The notes beneath the pieces are model-generated. The model was not told the origin of the DNA. It ran no database searches and saw only the letters and a program-made list of their open reading frames with translations. Of a stretch of DNA of 45,690 nucleotides, positions 9,564-18,615 are shown in pieces. Location of the stretch: the NCBI GenBank assembly GCA_029856365.1, contig JAHQWW010000023.1:1-45690 (forward strand), written 5' to 3'. Source of the DNA: Candidatus Hodarchaeota archaeon (lineage in GTDB: Archaea; Asgardarchaeota; Heimdallarchaeia; Hodarchaeales; Hodarchaeaceae). The stretch's first letter is position 1. Every line of letters starts with the position of its first letter. Made by a program: the position numbers and the translations under genes.

Positions 9564-12500
9564 ATGCTTATTGAGTCACTTGCTTTAGATGATCGAATTA
9601 AAAGAGTAATTATCGAGAAAGATGGAATCAAAGAACTTTATCCTCCCCAGATAGAGGCTATTAACCAAGGATTATTGACAGGAAAAAACTTTGTTATCTC
9701 CATTCCCACAGCTGCAGGCAAAACATTACTTGCGGAAATGGCAGCTTTAAAGCATGTGATTGAACTTGGTGGAAAAGCCATTTATTTGTGTCCATTACGA
9801 GCGTTAGCATCAGAAAAATTTAATGATCTGAAACGGTTTGAAAATCTAGGAATTCGCGTAGCCATTACTTCTGGTGACTATGATTCCACTGATAGCTATC
9901 TTCCTAGATATGATATTATTGTTTCAACCAATGAAAAAATGGATGCACTTCTACGTCATCAAGTAAGCTGGATAAAGGATCAGGTCAGTCTTGTTATCAT
10001 TGATGAATGTCATTTATTAAATGATCAGCATCGTGGACCTACATTAGAAACTCTAATAGCCCGATTATTGATCGAAAATTCTCACTCTCAAATTATTGCT
10101 TTGAGTGCCACTATCGGAAATGCAGATGAACTGGCTGAATGGTTGAATGCAGAATTAGTTCAAAGCGTTTGGAGACCAGTCCCTTTAAAGGAAGGGGTTT
10201 TCTTTGAGGATCAAATAACTTATTCTGATTTCTCCTCTCGAGAAATACCCTTTCGCCGTAAAGATCAATTGCTTAATATCGCACTCGATTCAGTTCACTC
10301 CCAAGAACAAGTACTCATTTTTAATCCGTCAAGAAGGTCAGCAGTTGCTACAGCAGAAAGAATTGGTAAAAGTATTGAATCACTGATTGAACCAAGAGAA
10401 GCAAAACACTTAAATGACCTTTCCTCTCAAATTGTCCTTAATCTTTCTGACCCTCTTTCTTCAAAGTTAGCTGAAACTATTAAACGCGGAGTCACCTTCC
10501 ATCATGCAGGACTCAATACACGACAACGAGATTTAGTTGAAAAAGCATTCAAAAAAGGATTAATCAAGGTTCTCTGCGCCACACCTACGCTTTCATCTGG
10601 GGTCAATCTTCCTGCGAAGCGTGTTGTCGTTTCTAGTGTTTATAGATACTCAATCGAAGAGGGATCCCATCCTATCAAGACCTTAGAGTACAAACAAATG
10701 TGTTTAACAAAAAATTCAACTATCTTGACTCCCACATCTGATGAAAAGATTCAATCCTTAACCAAAGGTGATGTTGTAATAGGTTACTCTCCAGAAGCCC
10801 AATTAGTGCATGATGAAGTTAATGAAGTATTTGAAAGGACTGCTAAAGAACTATATACTTTAAAATCGTCTCTTGGTGTTGAATTAGTAGGAACTGCGGA
10901 GCATCCCGTTTGGACGCCTTTGGGATGGAGAAAAATATGTGAATTGAAAAATGGGGATCATATTGCTTATCTGAACAGGATAGAGAAAAGAATCAAGATA
11001 ATGCATATGCTTGACCTATTACCAAAAGAGGAAATATACGTACCTAATGCTAAATGGATTTTTGATGATGTGAAAGAGAAAACAAGTTGGGGAAAACACA
11101 AATTAGCAAAATATTTAGGAATAAACAATCCAGGGAGTCTTCATTGTTATAGAAAAGGCTTAAAAGCTACAAAATATCCTTGGATATTGAAACTGAAGGA
11201 TTTACTTAACATTAACAAACAAACGTTATATTCTAGAGTTAAAATTGTGAAAAGTAGATATGGAAATACGTTTAAAGTTGATTATTTAACACCAGAATTC
11301 ATGTGGCTTACTGGATTAACTGCAACAGATGGTAGTATAAGTGCTGTGAAGGACTCAAGAACAGGAAGCCTGACAGCTAGGATCCGTATATTCAATACTA
11401 ATCTAAAGATTCTAACAAAGGCAAAATCAATATTAGAATCATTTAATATAGATGTGGATATTAAAAAAGCACAAGCGCCTAATATCTTTTTAATTGAATT
11501 TGGTAACACCCTATTTGCAAAATTATTATTAAATTGTGGGATTTCATGGGAGAGGAAAACATATAATGTTTTTATACCAGATTTCTTTTATTCTTTGGAC
11601 AAAAAATTACTCTGGGCTTATTTTAGTGGCGTTTTTGATGGTGATGGTAATTTAACAATCCTTAAAGACTTATATCTTAATAGTGTAAGAATCTCTACAG
11701 CAAGTAAGGAATTTGCTATTGGTCTGCATAAACTTCTTTTGCATCTTGGAATTTTAAGTAAGATAACGACCCGATCCATTGATAATAAGACGATTTTACA
11801 TGGAAAAGAAGTACATTTCAAGGCAAAGAATTATATTGTGATTTTTAGGAAGAAGAAGGATTTAATTAAATTTAAAGAAAACGGATCGATTACTAAATGT
11901 GAAATCCCCGAAATAAAATACTCAAACTATCATAATGTCTACAAAAGAGGAGAGACAAAACTTCCTTTTGATTTTATAAAGATAAAAGAAATAAAGAGGA
12001 TTGATAAGAGAATTAAAGTCTATAACATCCAAACTAAAAAAACAAACACATTTTTTGCAAATAACTTCTTAGTTCACAATTGTGGCCGAGCCGGTCGGCC
12101 TCAATTTGACAACGAGGGAGAATCATTATTGTTAGCCAAGCAGCCAAGAGCAGTAAGTTGGTTGATGGATCGCTATATTCTCCGTGATCCAGAAGCTGTG
12201 TACTCAAAATTAGCTTCTAAACCTGCGTTACGTAGATCTATCCTAGGATTAATTGCATCAAAAGTGGTTAGTACTATCCCTGATTTATTATATTTTTTTG
12301 AAAAGACTTTCTACGGTTTTCAATTTGAGGCAGTATTCTTGGAGGGAAAAATCAGGGAGGTTGTTGATCTTTTTATAGTATGGGAAATGATTAGGCCTCT
12401 TGATGCAAATGAAACTCTCGAAGCTACCCTTTATGGTCGTCGTGTTAGTCAGCTCTATTTGGATCCCGAAACCGCAGCAACTATAGTAGAAGGCCTTAAC

Positions 12501-13172
12501 GGAGCTATTCAACAGTCTCGATCAAAAATTCATCCCGTAGCACTGCTTGACCTAATAGTTGGTACCCCTGACATGGTTACATTGTCATTTCGTAAGAGTG
12601 ACTGGAAAACAACAGAGAAAAGATTTGAACGATTCACTTCTAGACTGGTACGAGACGTTCCAGAAGCACACGAGATTGAATATGAGTTTCGTTTGCGTGA
12701 TTTCCGGACAGTTCTTTTCTTATGGGATTGGATAAAAGAATTACCAGTTGAACGAATCATTATGCGGTATAAAATTGGCTCAGGTGACGTTCAGCGAATA
12801 GTGGAAACAGCCACTTGGCTGGTATCTGCAACAGTTGAAATTGCTCATTTAAAGACAAGAAGTAATAAGAAATATCACATCCTAATGAAAGCTGCTCAAT
12901 CTCTAAGTGATAGAGTAAAGTATGGGATCAAAAGCGACGCGGTTAGTCTTACCAGAATTAAAGGAATTGGACGAAAAAGGGCTCGCATTTTGTTAGACCA
13001 TGGGATTCGTGATATAACCAAGTTATTAAACCTCACTGATACCGAATTGAGTCAGTTTCCAGGTTTTGGACCAGAATTGGCAAAAACCACTTTGAAATTA
13101 GCAAAGGAATTAATAGAACCAACTAAGAATGGAAGTAGTCCTGATGTTGGTTTAGAAGACTATATCTTTTAA
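9564..13172 (+). CDS. hel308: Hel308/Ski2-like SF2 DNA helicase precursor with one intein (742 aa after splicing)
   Basis: LYPPQ, PTAAGKT, PLRALASEK, IIDECH, LSAT, WRPVPL, FHHAGL, ATPTLSSGVNLPA, QM|CGRAGRP, C-terminal HhH GIGRKRAR. Confidence 0.95.
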   Translation: MLIESLALDDRIKRVIIEKDGIKELYPPQIEAINQGLLTGKNFVISIPTAAGKTLLAEMAALKHVIELGGKAIYLCPLRALASEKFNDLKRFENLGIRVAITSGDYDSTDSYLPRYDIIVSTNEKMDALLRHQVSWIKDQVSLVIIDECHLLNDQHRGPTLETLIARLLIENSHSQIIALSATIGNADELAEWLNAELVQSVWRPVPLKEGVFFEDQITYSDFSSREIPFRRKDQLLNIALDSVHSQEQVLIFNPSRRSAVATAERIGKSIESLIEPREAKHLNDLSSQIVLNLSDPLSSKLAETIKRGVTFHHAGLNTRQRDLVEKAFKKGLIKVLCATPTLSSGVNLPAKRVVVSSVYRYSIEEGSHPIKTLEYKQMCLTKNSTILTPTSDEKIQSLTKGDVVIGYSPEAQLVHDEVNEVFERTAKELYTLKSSLGVELVGTAEHPVWTPLGWRKICELKNGDHIAYLNRIEKRIKIMHMLDLLPKEEIYVPNAKWIFDDVKEKTSWGKHKLAKYLGINNPGSLHCYRKGLKATKYPWILKLKDLLNINKQTLYSRVKIVKSRYGNTFKVDYLTPEFMWLTGLTATDGSISAVKDSRTGSLTARIRIFNTNLKILTKAKSILESFNIDVDIKKAQAPNIFLIEFGNTLFAKLLLNCGISWERKTYNVFIPDFFYSLDKKLLWAYFSGVFDGDGNLTILKDLYLNSVRISTASKEFAIGLHKLLLHLGILSKITTRSIDNKTILHGKEVHFKAKNYIVIFRKKKDLIKFKENGSITKCEIPEIKYSNYHNVYKRGETKLPFDFIKIKEIKRIDKRIKVYNIQTKKTNTFFANNFLVHNCGRAGRPQFDNEGESLLLAKQPRAVSWLMDRYILRDPEAVYSKLASKPALRRSILGLIASKVVSTIPDLLYFFEKTFYGFQFEAVFLEGKIREVVDLFIVWEMIRPLDANETLEATLYGRRVSQLYLDPETAATIVEGLNGAIQQSRSKIHPVALLDLIVGTPDMVTLSFRKSDWKTTEKRFERFTSRLVRDVPEAHEIEYEFRLRDFRTVLFLWDWIKELPVERIIMRYKIGSGDVQRIVETATWLVSATVEIAHLKTRSNKKYHILMKAAQSLSDRVKYGIKSDAVSLTRIKGIGRKRARILLDHGIRDITKLLNLTDTELSQFPGFGPELAKTTLKLAKELIEPTKNGSSPDVGLEDYIF
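10701..12080 (+). mobile_element. Intein in Hel308 motif VI (460 aa) with LAGLIDADG endonuclease
   Basis: EYKQM|CLTKNSTI...GTAEHPV...VYNIQT...FLVHN|CGRAGRP; LTGLTATDG and FSGVFDGDG. Confidence 0.95.
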
Positions 13173-13297
13173 ATAAAATAATGTCGTCAAACATCTTTTA
13201 CGACTTAGCTGAGAATTTCCATAAGCTTCTTTTTGCTTCTTGAATTCTTAATAATTACCATTATTTGAGTAAATACTCTTACTAGAGGAAGGAATTC

Positions 13298-14461
13298 ATG
13301 TTAGAAAACAATAAGAAACCTGATTTCATGCTTTCAGAGATGTTAGAACAGCCCAAAATTGTTGAGTCAATTTTTAATGATATTAATATAAAGAATATTG
13401 GAAAATTTTTGCTAGAAAGTGATATTGAACGAATCTATTTTACTGGGTCAGGCGATAGCTACTGTGCTGCTTGGTTTGGAGCGTATCTTGGCAATAAATG
13501 GCGTTCTGACCTTGATATGCGGCATTATGCTCCATTTGAATTTGTCAATTATCTCAATCCCCACTATTTAAAAAAGAGCATTGTGATTGGTCTTTCTGTC
13601 TCTGGAAACACTCCACGAGTAGTTGAAGCGCTCCGTTTTGCACATAAACATGGAGCAATAACCATTGGGATCACTGATAATCCACAAGGAAAGATTGCGA
13701 AAGAGGCTGATCTTACACTGTACATCCATTCTTCCCCTCCAGAAACATTAGAAACTTCTACATATGCAACGGAAGGTGCTAAAGAATATACGGGATACCA
13801 TCACGACGTAGCTCAAACTAAAACATATCTAGCAAATCTAGCAGTCCAAAGTAAATTAATAGCACACATTTCGTTACAAAAAGAAGTTAATCTTAATCAA
13901 GTCCAAGAAACATTCCAACTAGTTAAGAAGGTAATGGATCAACGACCAACTTTACTCAAACTAGGTGCCAACCTAGGTAATACAGCTGATAGAATCATTT
14001 TTGTCTCATCAGGGCCTAATGGTCCCACTGGACTATTTGGGGCCTATAAAATGTATGAATTCTCGTTGAATGGATTTGCTTGTGACATAGAGGAATATTG
14101 TCATACTAATTATTTTACAACAACAAAAAATAGTCTTGTCATATTCATAGCCTCTAATTCCTCCTCCTTTAATCGCATAATGGAGATTGAACCAGTGATT
14201 CGAGAAATAATCAACGCTAAAACTGTTGTTTTTATGAGCTCAAATTTTCAGAATACTCTGGATTCGCAATACATTTTTATAGAAACCCCCAAAGAGGAGG
14301 CGTTATCTCCTATGATTTATACCATTCCAATAGAATTTTTTTCTTATTCTATTGCAAGAAGTAAAGGATTCGATACAAACCAATTTCGAGGGGGATTAGA
14401 GACTGAAAAATATGTTTCAGGTTCTTATAAAACTATTAGACAATCAAAAATAAATTATTGA
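13298..14461 (+). CDS. Double SIS-domain sugar-phosphate isomerase/deglycase (GlmS isomerase/FrlB-like)
   Basis: MLSEMLEQP, FTGSGDSY, LSVSGNTPRVVEA, QTKTY, YKMYE, EEYCH; no glutaminase domain. Confidence 0.85.
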   Translation: MLENNKKPDFMLSEMLEQPKIVESIFNDINIKNIGKFLLESDIERIYFTGSGDSYCAAWFGAYLGNKWRSDLDMRHYAPFEFVNYLNPHYLKKSIVIGLSVSGNTPRVVEALRFAHKHGAITIGITDNPQGKIAKEADLTLYIHSSPPETLETSTYATEGAKEYTGYHHDVAQTKTYLANLAVQSKLIAHISLQKEVNLNQVQETFQLVKKVMDQRPTLLKLGANLGNTADRIIFVSSGPNGPTGLFGAYKMYEFSLNGFACDIEEYCHTNYFTTTKNSLVIFIASNSSSFNRIMEIEPVIREIINAKTVVFMSSNFQNTLDSQYIFIETPKEEALSPMIYTIPIEFFSYSIARSKGFDTNQFRGGLETEKYVSGSYKTIRQSKINY

Positions 14462-14487
14462 ATACTCTTTTGGACTCATTTTCAGAT

Positions 14488-15207
14488 TTAACGGTGTTTT
14501 TGAACACCAATTTTCAAACAAGAGTCATAAATGACGCATTGACTGCATCTGGGACTGATTGGAGTACAAATATTTTGCCCCCATCTCACTAAAATGTCAT
14601 TGATTGGTATCCACCATTTTTTGGGTAAAATCTCCCTTAAAATCATTTCAACCCGATCCGCATCATGAAAGACAGGTTTATTGTCATTTTCACCTTTAAT
14701 AGGAACGATACCAATCCGTTGAGTAATACGAGCAACATGAACATCGACACATATCCCTGGTTTGTCAAATCCTTTTGTAATAACTAAATTGGCAGTTTTG
14801 CGGCCAACACCTTTAAAATTCGTCAATTCGTCTAGAGAATCAGGAACTTTACCATTATATTCTTTAATAAGTTTTTTACAAATTTCATGAATTGTCTTTG
14901 CTTTTTGTCGATAAAAACCTACAGAAAAGATGAGTTGTTCAAGTTCTACAAGAGGAATTGCTAGTATTTTAGCGGGGGTATCTGCTCGAGTAAAAAGTAG
15001 CTGACTTGCTTTGTGTGTCAATTCATCTTTCGTTCTTAAACTCAGTATAGTAGCTATCAGTATTAGAAACGGATCTTTGCGAGTTTTAGAAATGCTAGTC
15101 ACTAATGGATCTTTTAGCTCTTTTGTTACCTGTGATAATCTTGTCAAAATAATATCAATTTTTTCAGGGCTTAAAGAAGAATACTTTAGATTCATATTTC
15201 TAACCAT
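14488..15207 (-). CDS. nth: Endonuclease III (HhH-GPD glycosylase with 4Fe-4S cluster)
   Basis: PFLILIATILSLRTKD, GVGRKTA, VDVHV, C-x6-C-x2-C-x5-C (CTPISPRCSQCVIYDSC). Confidence 0.95.
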   Translation of the reverse strand: MVRNMNLKYSSLSPEKIDIILTRLSQVTKELKDPLVTSISKTRKDPFLILIATILSLRTKDELTHKASQLLFTRADTPAKILAIPLVELEQLIFSVGFYRQKAKTIHEICKKLIKEYNGKVPDSLDELTNFKGVGRKTANLVITKGFDKPGICVDVHVARITQRIGIVPIKGENDNKPVFHDADRVEMILREILPKKWWIPINDILVRWGQNICTPISPRCSQCVIYDSCLKIGVQKHR

Positions 15208-15274
15208 ATTTTAAGGATTATTTTCATCGAGTAAAGATATCTGAGGCTGAATTTACTGTTGCTCTATTAAGAAT

Positions 15275-15525
15275 TTGTATTCTAATTTCCTTCGCATACC
15301 AAGAACTTTTTTATCTAAATACGATTCTATTAAACTGAGTGTATTGACAAAGACAAAAAGAAGGATCCTGATAAATTCGAACGGATGTTTGCTGCCCAAT
15401 ATCTTGCTAAATACAATTATTTAAAGAGTAAAAAGCATTTACAGAGAGCTATTATAGAGGATACTGATCCAGAAGTAGTTCATTGCATTCGTAAACTACT
15501 TGAAGATAGAGAAGTTATTTCTTAA
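15275..15525 (+). pseudogene. Probable remnant of a HEAT-repeat (PBS-lyase-like) gene, or a 46-aa small ORF from ATG 15385
   Basis: Frame ending TAA 15523-15525 reads KKDPDKFERMFAAQYLAKYNYLKSKKHLQRAIIEDTDPEVVHCIRKLLEDREVIS (two HEAT-like units). An in-frame stop lies at 15331-15333, and the upstream part (FLSKYDSIKL) is in another frame. Confidence 0.45.
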
Positions 15526-15558
15526 CGGGGTTGGCCAGAAATCTCTTTCCATCGGGTA

Positions 15559-16386
15559 TTACGAGAAATATTCTTTCAGATTTTCCCGAATATGAGAAAA
15601 TCTTTTGATTCCAAAACGCCATTGAAGTCTAAAACTTAACCATCTTTCAGGGATTCCTAGGAATAATTTTTTTTGTAGTTGCCTGAGTACGGAGAGATCT
15701 GAAATAGAGTTTGATATTGCTTGAATAGAAGGAAATTCAGATTCCTTTAGTTGAAATTGTTCGATTGGCTGTGAATGGGGTAATTCTTCAGATAAAAAAA
15801 CTAAAGAATATTTCTTCAAAGTTTTTTTATGATTAGGAGAAACCATTGTCTGGAAAGAAAATAACGGATTCAACGGGGGAGGTATTACACGATCAAGAGT
15901 TCCAAACATTTGAATAAGGTTCATTGGATCTATTTTATGTTGGCTTGTCAATTGGAGTTGCTTCTTACAGAAAATTAGTTCGATTAATTTTGAAGAAATA
16001 GGATAAGGATCCAGTGTTTCAAAATCGTTCAATGTTAGAATGTTATTATCTTCTATATTCATAGACCCATTTATTAATGGTGAGATAAAATATTGGACTG
16101 TTTTCTCATTATAAAAGGAATTATCAATGATTAATGTATGAGTTTTTATTGATTGACGTCCAAAGCGGTCAATTCCATCATCAAAAGTAAAGCGTAAGAC
16201 AACATTTCCAGAAGAATGTTGAAATTTAGTCAAGAAGACTTTATTAAAATCACAGCATTCTTCCTCTGGAATAAATAAAGAGATATTTTGGATTTGGCTT
16301 TGGTGTAATGTGGTAGCTACGACATCGAGTCCCATTTCAGGAGTGTTTCGAACAATTACTTGACGAATTTTCCCCATTCCAGTCAA
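15559..16386 (-). CDS. Hypothetical protein resembling GAP1-N2 + GAP1-M (DENN-like) domains
   Basis: QVIVRN..GLDVVATT; GNVVLRFTFDDGIDRFGRQSIKTHTLII; LIELIF..LQL..IPPPLNPLFSFQT; 14 bp downstream of a GTPase gene. Family call by eye. Confidence 0.6.
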   Translation of the reverse strand: MTGMGKIRQVIVRNTPEMGLDVVATTLHQSQIQNISLFIPEEECCDFNKVFLTKFQHSSGNVVLRFTFDDGIDRFGRQSIKTHTLIIDNSFYNEKTVQYFISPLINGSMNIEDNNILTLNDFETLDPYPISSKLIELIFCKKQLQLTSQHKIDPMNLIQMFGTLDRVIPPPLNPLFSFQTMVSPNHKKTLKKYSLVFLSEELPHSQPIEQFQLKESEFPSIQAISNSISDLSVLRQLQKKLFLGIPERWLSFRLQWRFGIKRFSHIRENLKEYFS

Positions 16387-16400
16387 TTTCCAGCAAATTA

Positions 16401-17027
16401 CTAATACAGGGATTGTTTACATTTTTCAAAAATTGCGTCAATGTCCTCGTAAGGGGATTTATGAACACTAATGAATGCTTCTGCAAATTTAGCGAAAGGA
16501 AAAGTCATTTTGTAGTCTTGAATAACAATATCAAAATCATCTAGAAAAGCACGTGCTTTCTTTTCATCATTATTAATAGTATCCATCTTGTTGATAACAA
16601 AATAGAAGAGCGTTTTCTTTTTTCTTGCTTTTTTATCAGCTTTATCAGGATCTAAGCTTAAACTATCAAGAAAATAGTTAAAAGAATCTTCCATTGCCAC
16701 TCTCTGGCTTTCAACTCCCTGGATAGGATCTAACATAAATAGGATTCCATCAGTCTTGTATTTTCTCATCGCTTCACGCCACTTACGGCGTAGTTTAAAA
16801 TCACCAGGATTATCTACTGCTATCACATTATACTTTCGATATCGTTCAAAGGACAATCTTGATTGTTTACTACTCGACAATAAAGTTATTTTCTTTCTCT
16901 CAACAGTGATATCTAAAGTTCTTTCTGTCGAAGCAGGGTCTTCTCCTTTCAAACGTTTAATTAGACTGGTTTTTCCAACACCAGTATGACCAAGGATTGT
17001 CAGTCGAATGTCTCTATCTAATACCAT
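16401..17027 (-). CDS. Divergent TRAFAC small GTPase (ATG 17027 preferred over GTG 17042)
   Basis: G1 GHTGVGKT, G2 ERT, G3 DNPGD, DGILFMLDPIQ, G4 NKMD, G5-like ISVH. Confidence 0.88.
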   Translation of the reverse strand: MVLDRDIRLTILGHTGVGKTSLIKRLKGEDPASTERTLDITVERKKITLLSSSKQSRLSFERYRKYNVIAVDNPGDFKLRRKWREAMRKYKTDGILFMLDPIQGVESQRVAMEDSFNYFLDSLSLDPDKADKKARKKKTLFYFVINKMDTINNDEKKARAFLDDFDIVIQDYKMTFPFAKFAEAFISVHKSPYEDIDAIFEKCKQSLY

Positions 17028-17687
17028 AATTAAATTTCCCACATAATTTTCTCACCCTTGCGAGAAGCAACACAGGAGATGAAGTTTCATCAAAAAGAAT
17101 AGGTTTAATGAGTGGTTTATAAGAATAACTTTTCAGTAAGCTACCTCTGGATTGGCTGCAACTAGTTAAAGAACTCTTATCGATATGCAACTTGAGCATC
17201 TTTGTTTCACCACTGAACCTACCGAACACCAAGAAGAAAGTATAGAAATGGTCATTTGCACAGCAAGACGATTATAGACATAATATTACAGTATTAGACA
17301 ATCACATCTGGTTATCCGAAATATAGAGAATTTTTTTCACAGTAAAAGATCATATTCGGCCATAAAAAACATGGATCTTTTTTTTCTCATTGCTTTAAGT
17401 TAAGATACGGCTGACTGAAGTTAAACTATTTAAGCTCGAATTTACTGAAACTTAAACAATCTTCCAAAGAAAGTATTTACAATAAAAAGAATTATTGTAA
17501 TTTTTAGGCATATATAAAAAACATAGGTGTCTTTTCGTGACAAAAATTGTATCGAATCCTCATGTATATTTGTTTAGCTGGTTTTTCTACAAAAAAATAC
17601 TTTTAGGGAACTTACCCCTATTTTCTTCATGAACATACCTAACTTCACCCAGTCTTAAGGATTTTTGATATTGTGAGGCAAAGGTTC

Positions 17688-17729
17688 AATTCGAATTTCT
17701 CGCAAAAAAATTCGAAATTCTCGCAAAAA
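17688..17729. repeat. Tandem 21-bp direct repeat (1 mismatch), candidate transcription-factor site
   Basis: AATTCGAATTTCTCGCAAAAA (17688-17708) followed by AATTCGAAATTCTCGCAAAAA (17709-17729). Confidence 0.85.
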
Positions 17730-17730
17730 T

Positions 17731-17746
17731 AAAAACCTTAATAAAT
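17731..17746 (+). promoter_or_regulatory. Putative BRE/TATA promoter of the 17863 gene
   Basis: AAAAACCTTAATAAAT: A-rich BRE-like tract plus TATA-like TTAATAAA, next to the tandem repeat; GGAGG RBS before ATG 17863. Confidence 0.45.
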
Positions 17747-17862
17747 GCATAGCAATCCAAATTGTTTGTAAATGAGATTTGCTAATCTTAGCGGCTCAAA
17801 ACATAAGAAACCCCTTCAAATCAAAATGAAAATTAGAATAATTAGCGGAGGATATTAGATAA

Positions 17863-18282
17863 ATGTCTGCTGTTACAATCGCAAAAATGATTCAGCTTCA
17901 AGAGTCAAAACCGATTTCCCTTCCTGCTGACTTTCTTGAAACCTTACGCCCCAAGGATGTTGAAGAAAGTTCTGCTGTAATGATCCTTGCTCCTTCGACA
18001 AAAATCATTCGGATTATTCCCACTAAAAGTCCTGAAGTTGTTAAAGTTGCTATAGAAATCGGTGAGCTATCACCTGACTTTTTGCAAGAGTTAGGTGTTG
18101 TCTTTATGAGAAGTAAAATAAAGACCCTTTACAGCACAGGACTGTGTTTCACTCAAGATAGTTGTACCTATGAAGGTTACTTAGACTCCAGTGACTTGAC
18201 AATCTCACAAGAACAGCTGAAAGATGAGCTGGCGGAAATTAAAGGCGTAAGTAAGGTAGATATAACTACCCTTGTAGCTTAA
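17863..18282 (+). CDS. AbrB-like N-terminus plus ACT-like domain protein
   Basis: PISLPADFLETL resembles a swapped-hairpin motif; VVKVAIEIGELSPDFLQELGVVF...LKDELAEIKGVSKVDI fits an ACT beta-alpha-beta-beta-alpha-beta pattern; good RBS. Confidence 0.6.
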   Translation: MSAVTIAKMIQLQESKPISLPADFLETLRPKDVEESSAVMILAPSTKIIRIIPTKSPEVVKVAIEIGELSPDFLQELGVVFMRSKIKTLYSTGLCFTQDSCTYEGYLDSSDLTISQEQLKDELAEIKGVSKVDITTLVA

Positions 18283-18287
18283 CTTCC

Positions 18288-18313
18288 TTTTTGACTCATT
18301 TTTTTCTTTTTTT
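18288..18313 (+). terminator. Archaeal oligo-T terminator after the 17863 gene
   Basis: TTTTTGACTCATTTTTTTCTTTTTTT starting 6 bp after the stop. Confidence 0.55.
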
Positions 18314-18615
18314 CGCTGAACTCATCTCGAATTTAAGAGGCAAAACCCACTTCTCATTATAGGGTCTTCTATTTTTTTAAAATACATTTGTCGATTTTTT
18401 CTACTGAAAGAATCTCAACTAGAAATATCAAAGAGATAAACAATACCATTAAATGGCTATAATCTATTAAATATTCTATTTATTCAAGTTTAGTTCATCA
18501 TCTTTATAAAAGAAAAAATAAAAACTGTGGGTTATACAAGAGCCCCAATAGACAGTTCCTATTCAAGAGCTCCATTAACCGCTTCCTGTCGTTAAATAAC
18601 TATTCTACGAGGAAG

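Noticed and set aside
15345-15365. Programmed -1 frameshift at the A-run in the HEAT remnant
   Set aside because: The upstream frame reads ACA AAA AGA, which is not an X XXY YYZ slippery heptamer, and no stimulatory structure is evident.
17014-17232. 72-aa minus-strand ORF upstream of the divergent GTPase as a third module gene
   Set aside because: TTG start, no motif, non-protein-like composition, and it overlaps the GTPase start in another frame.
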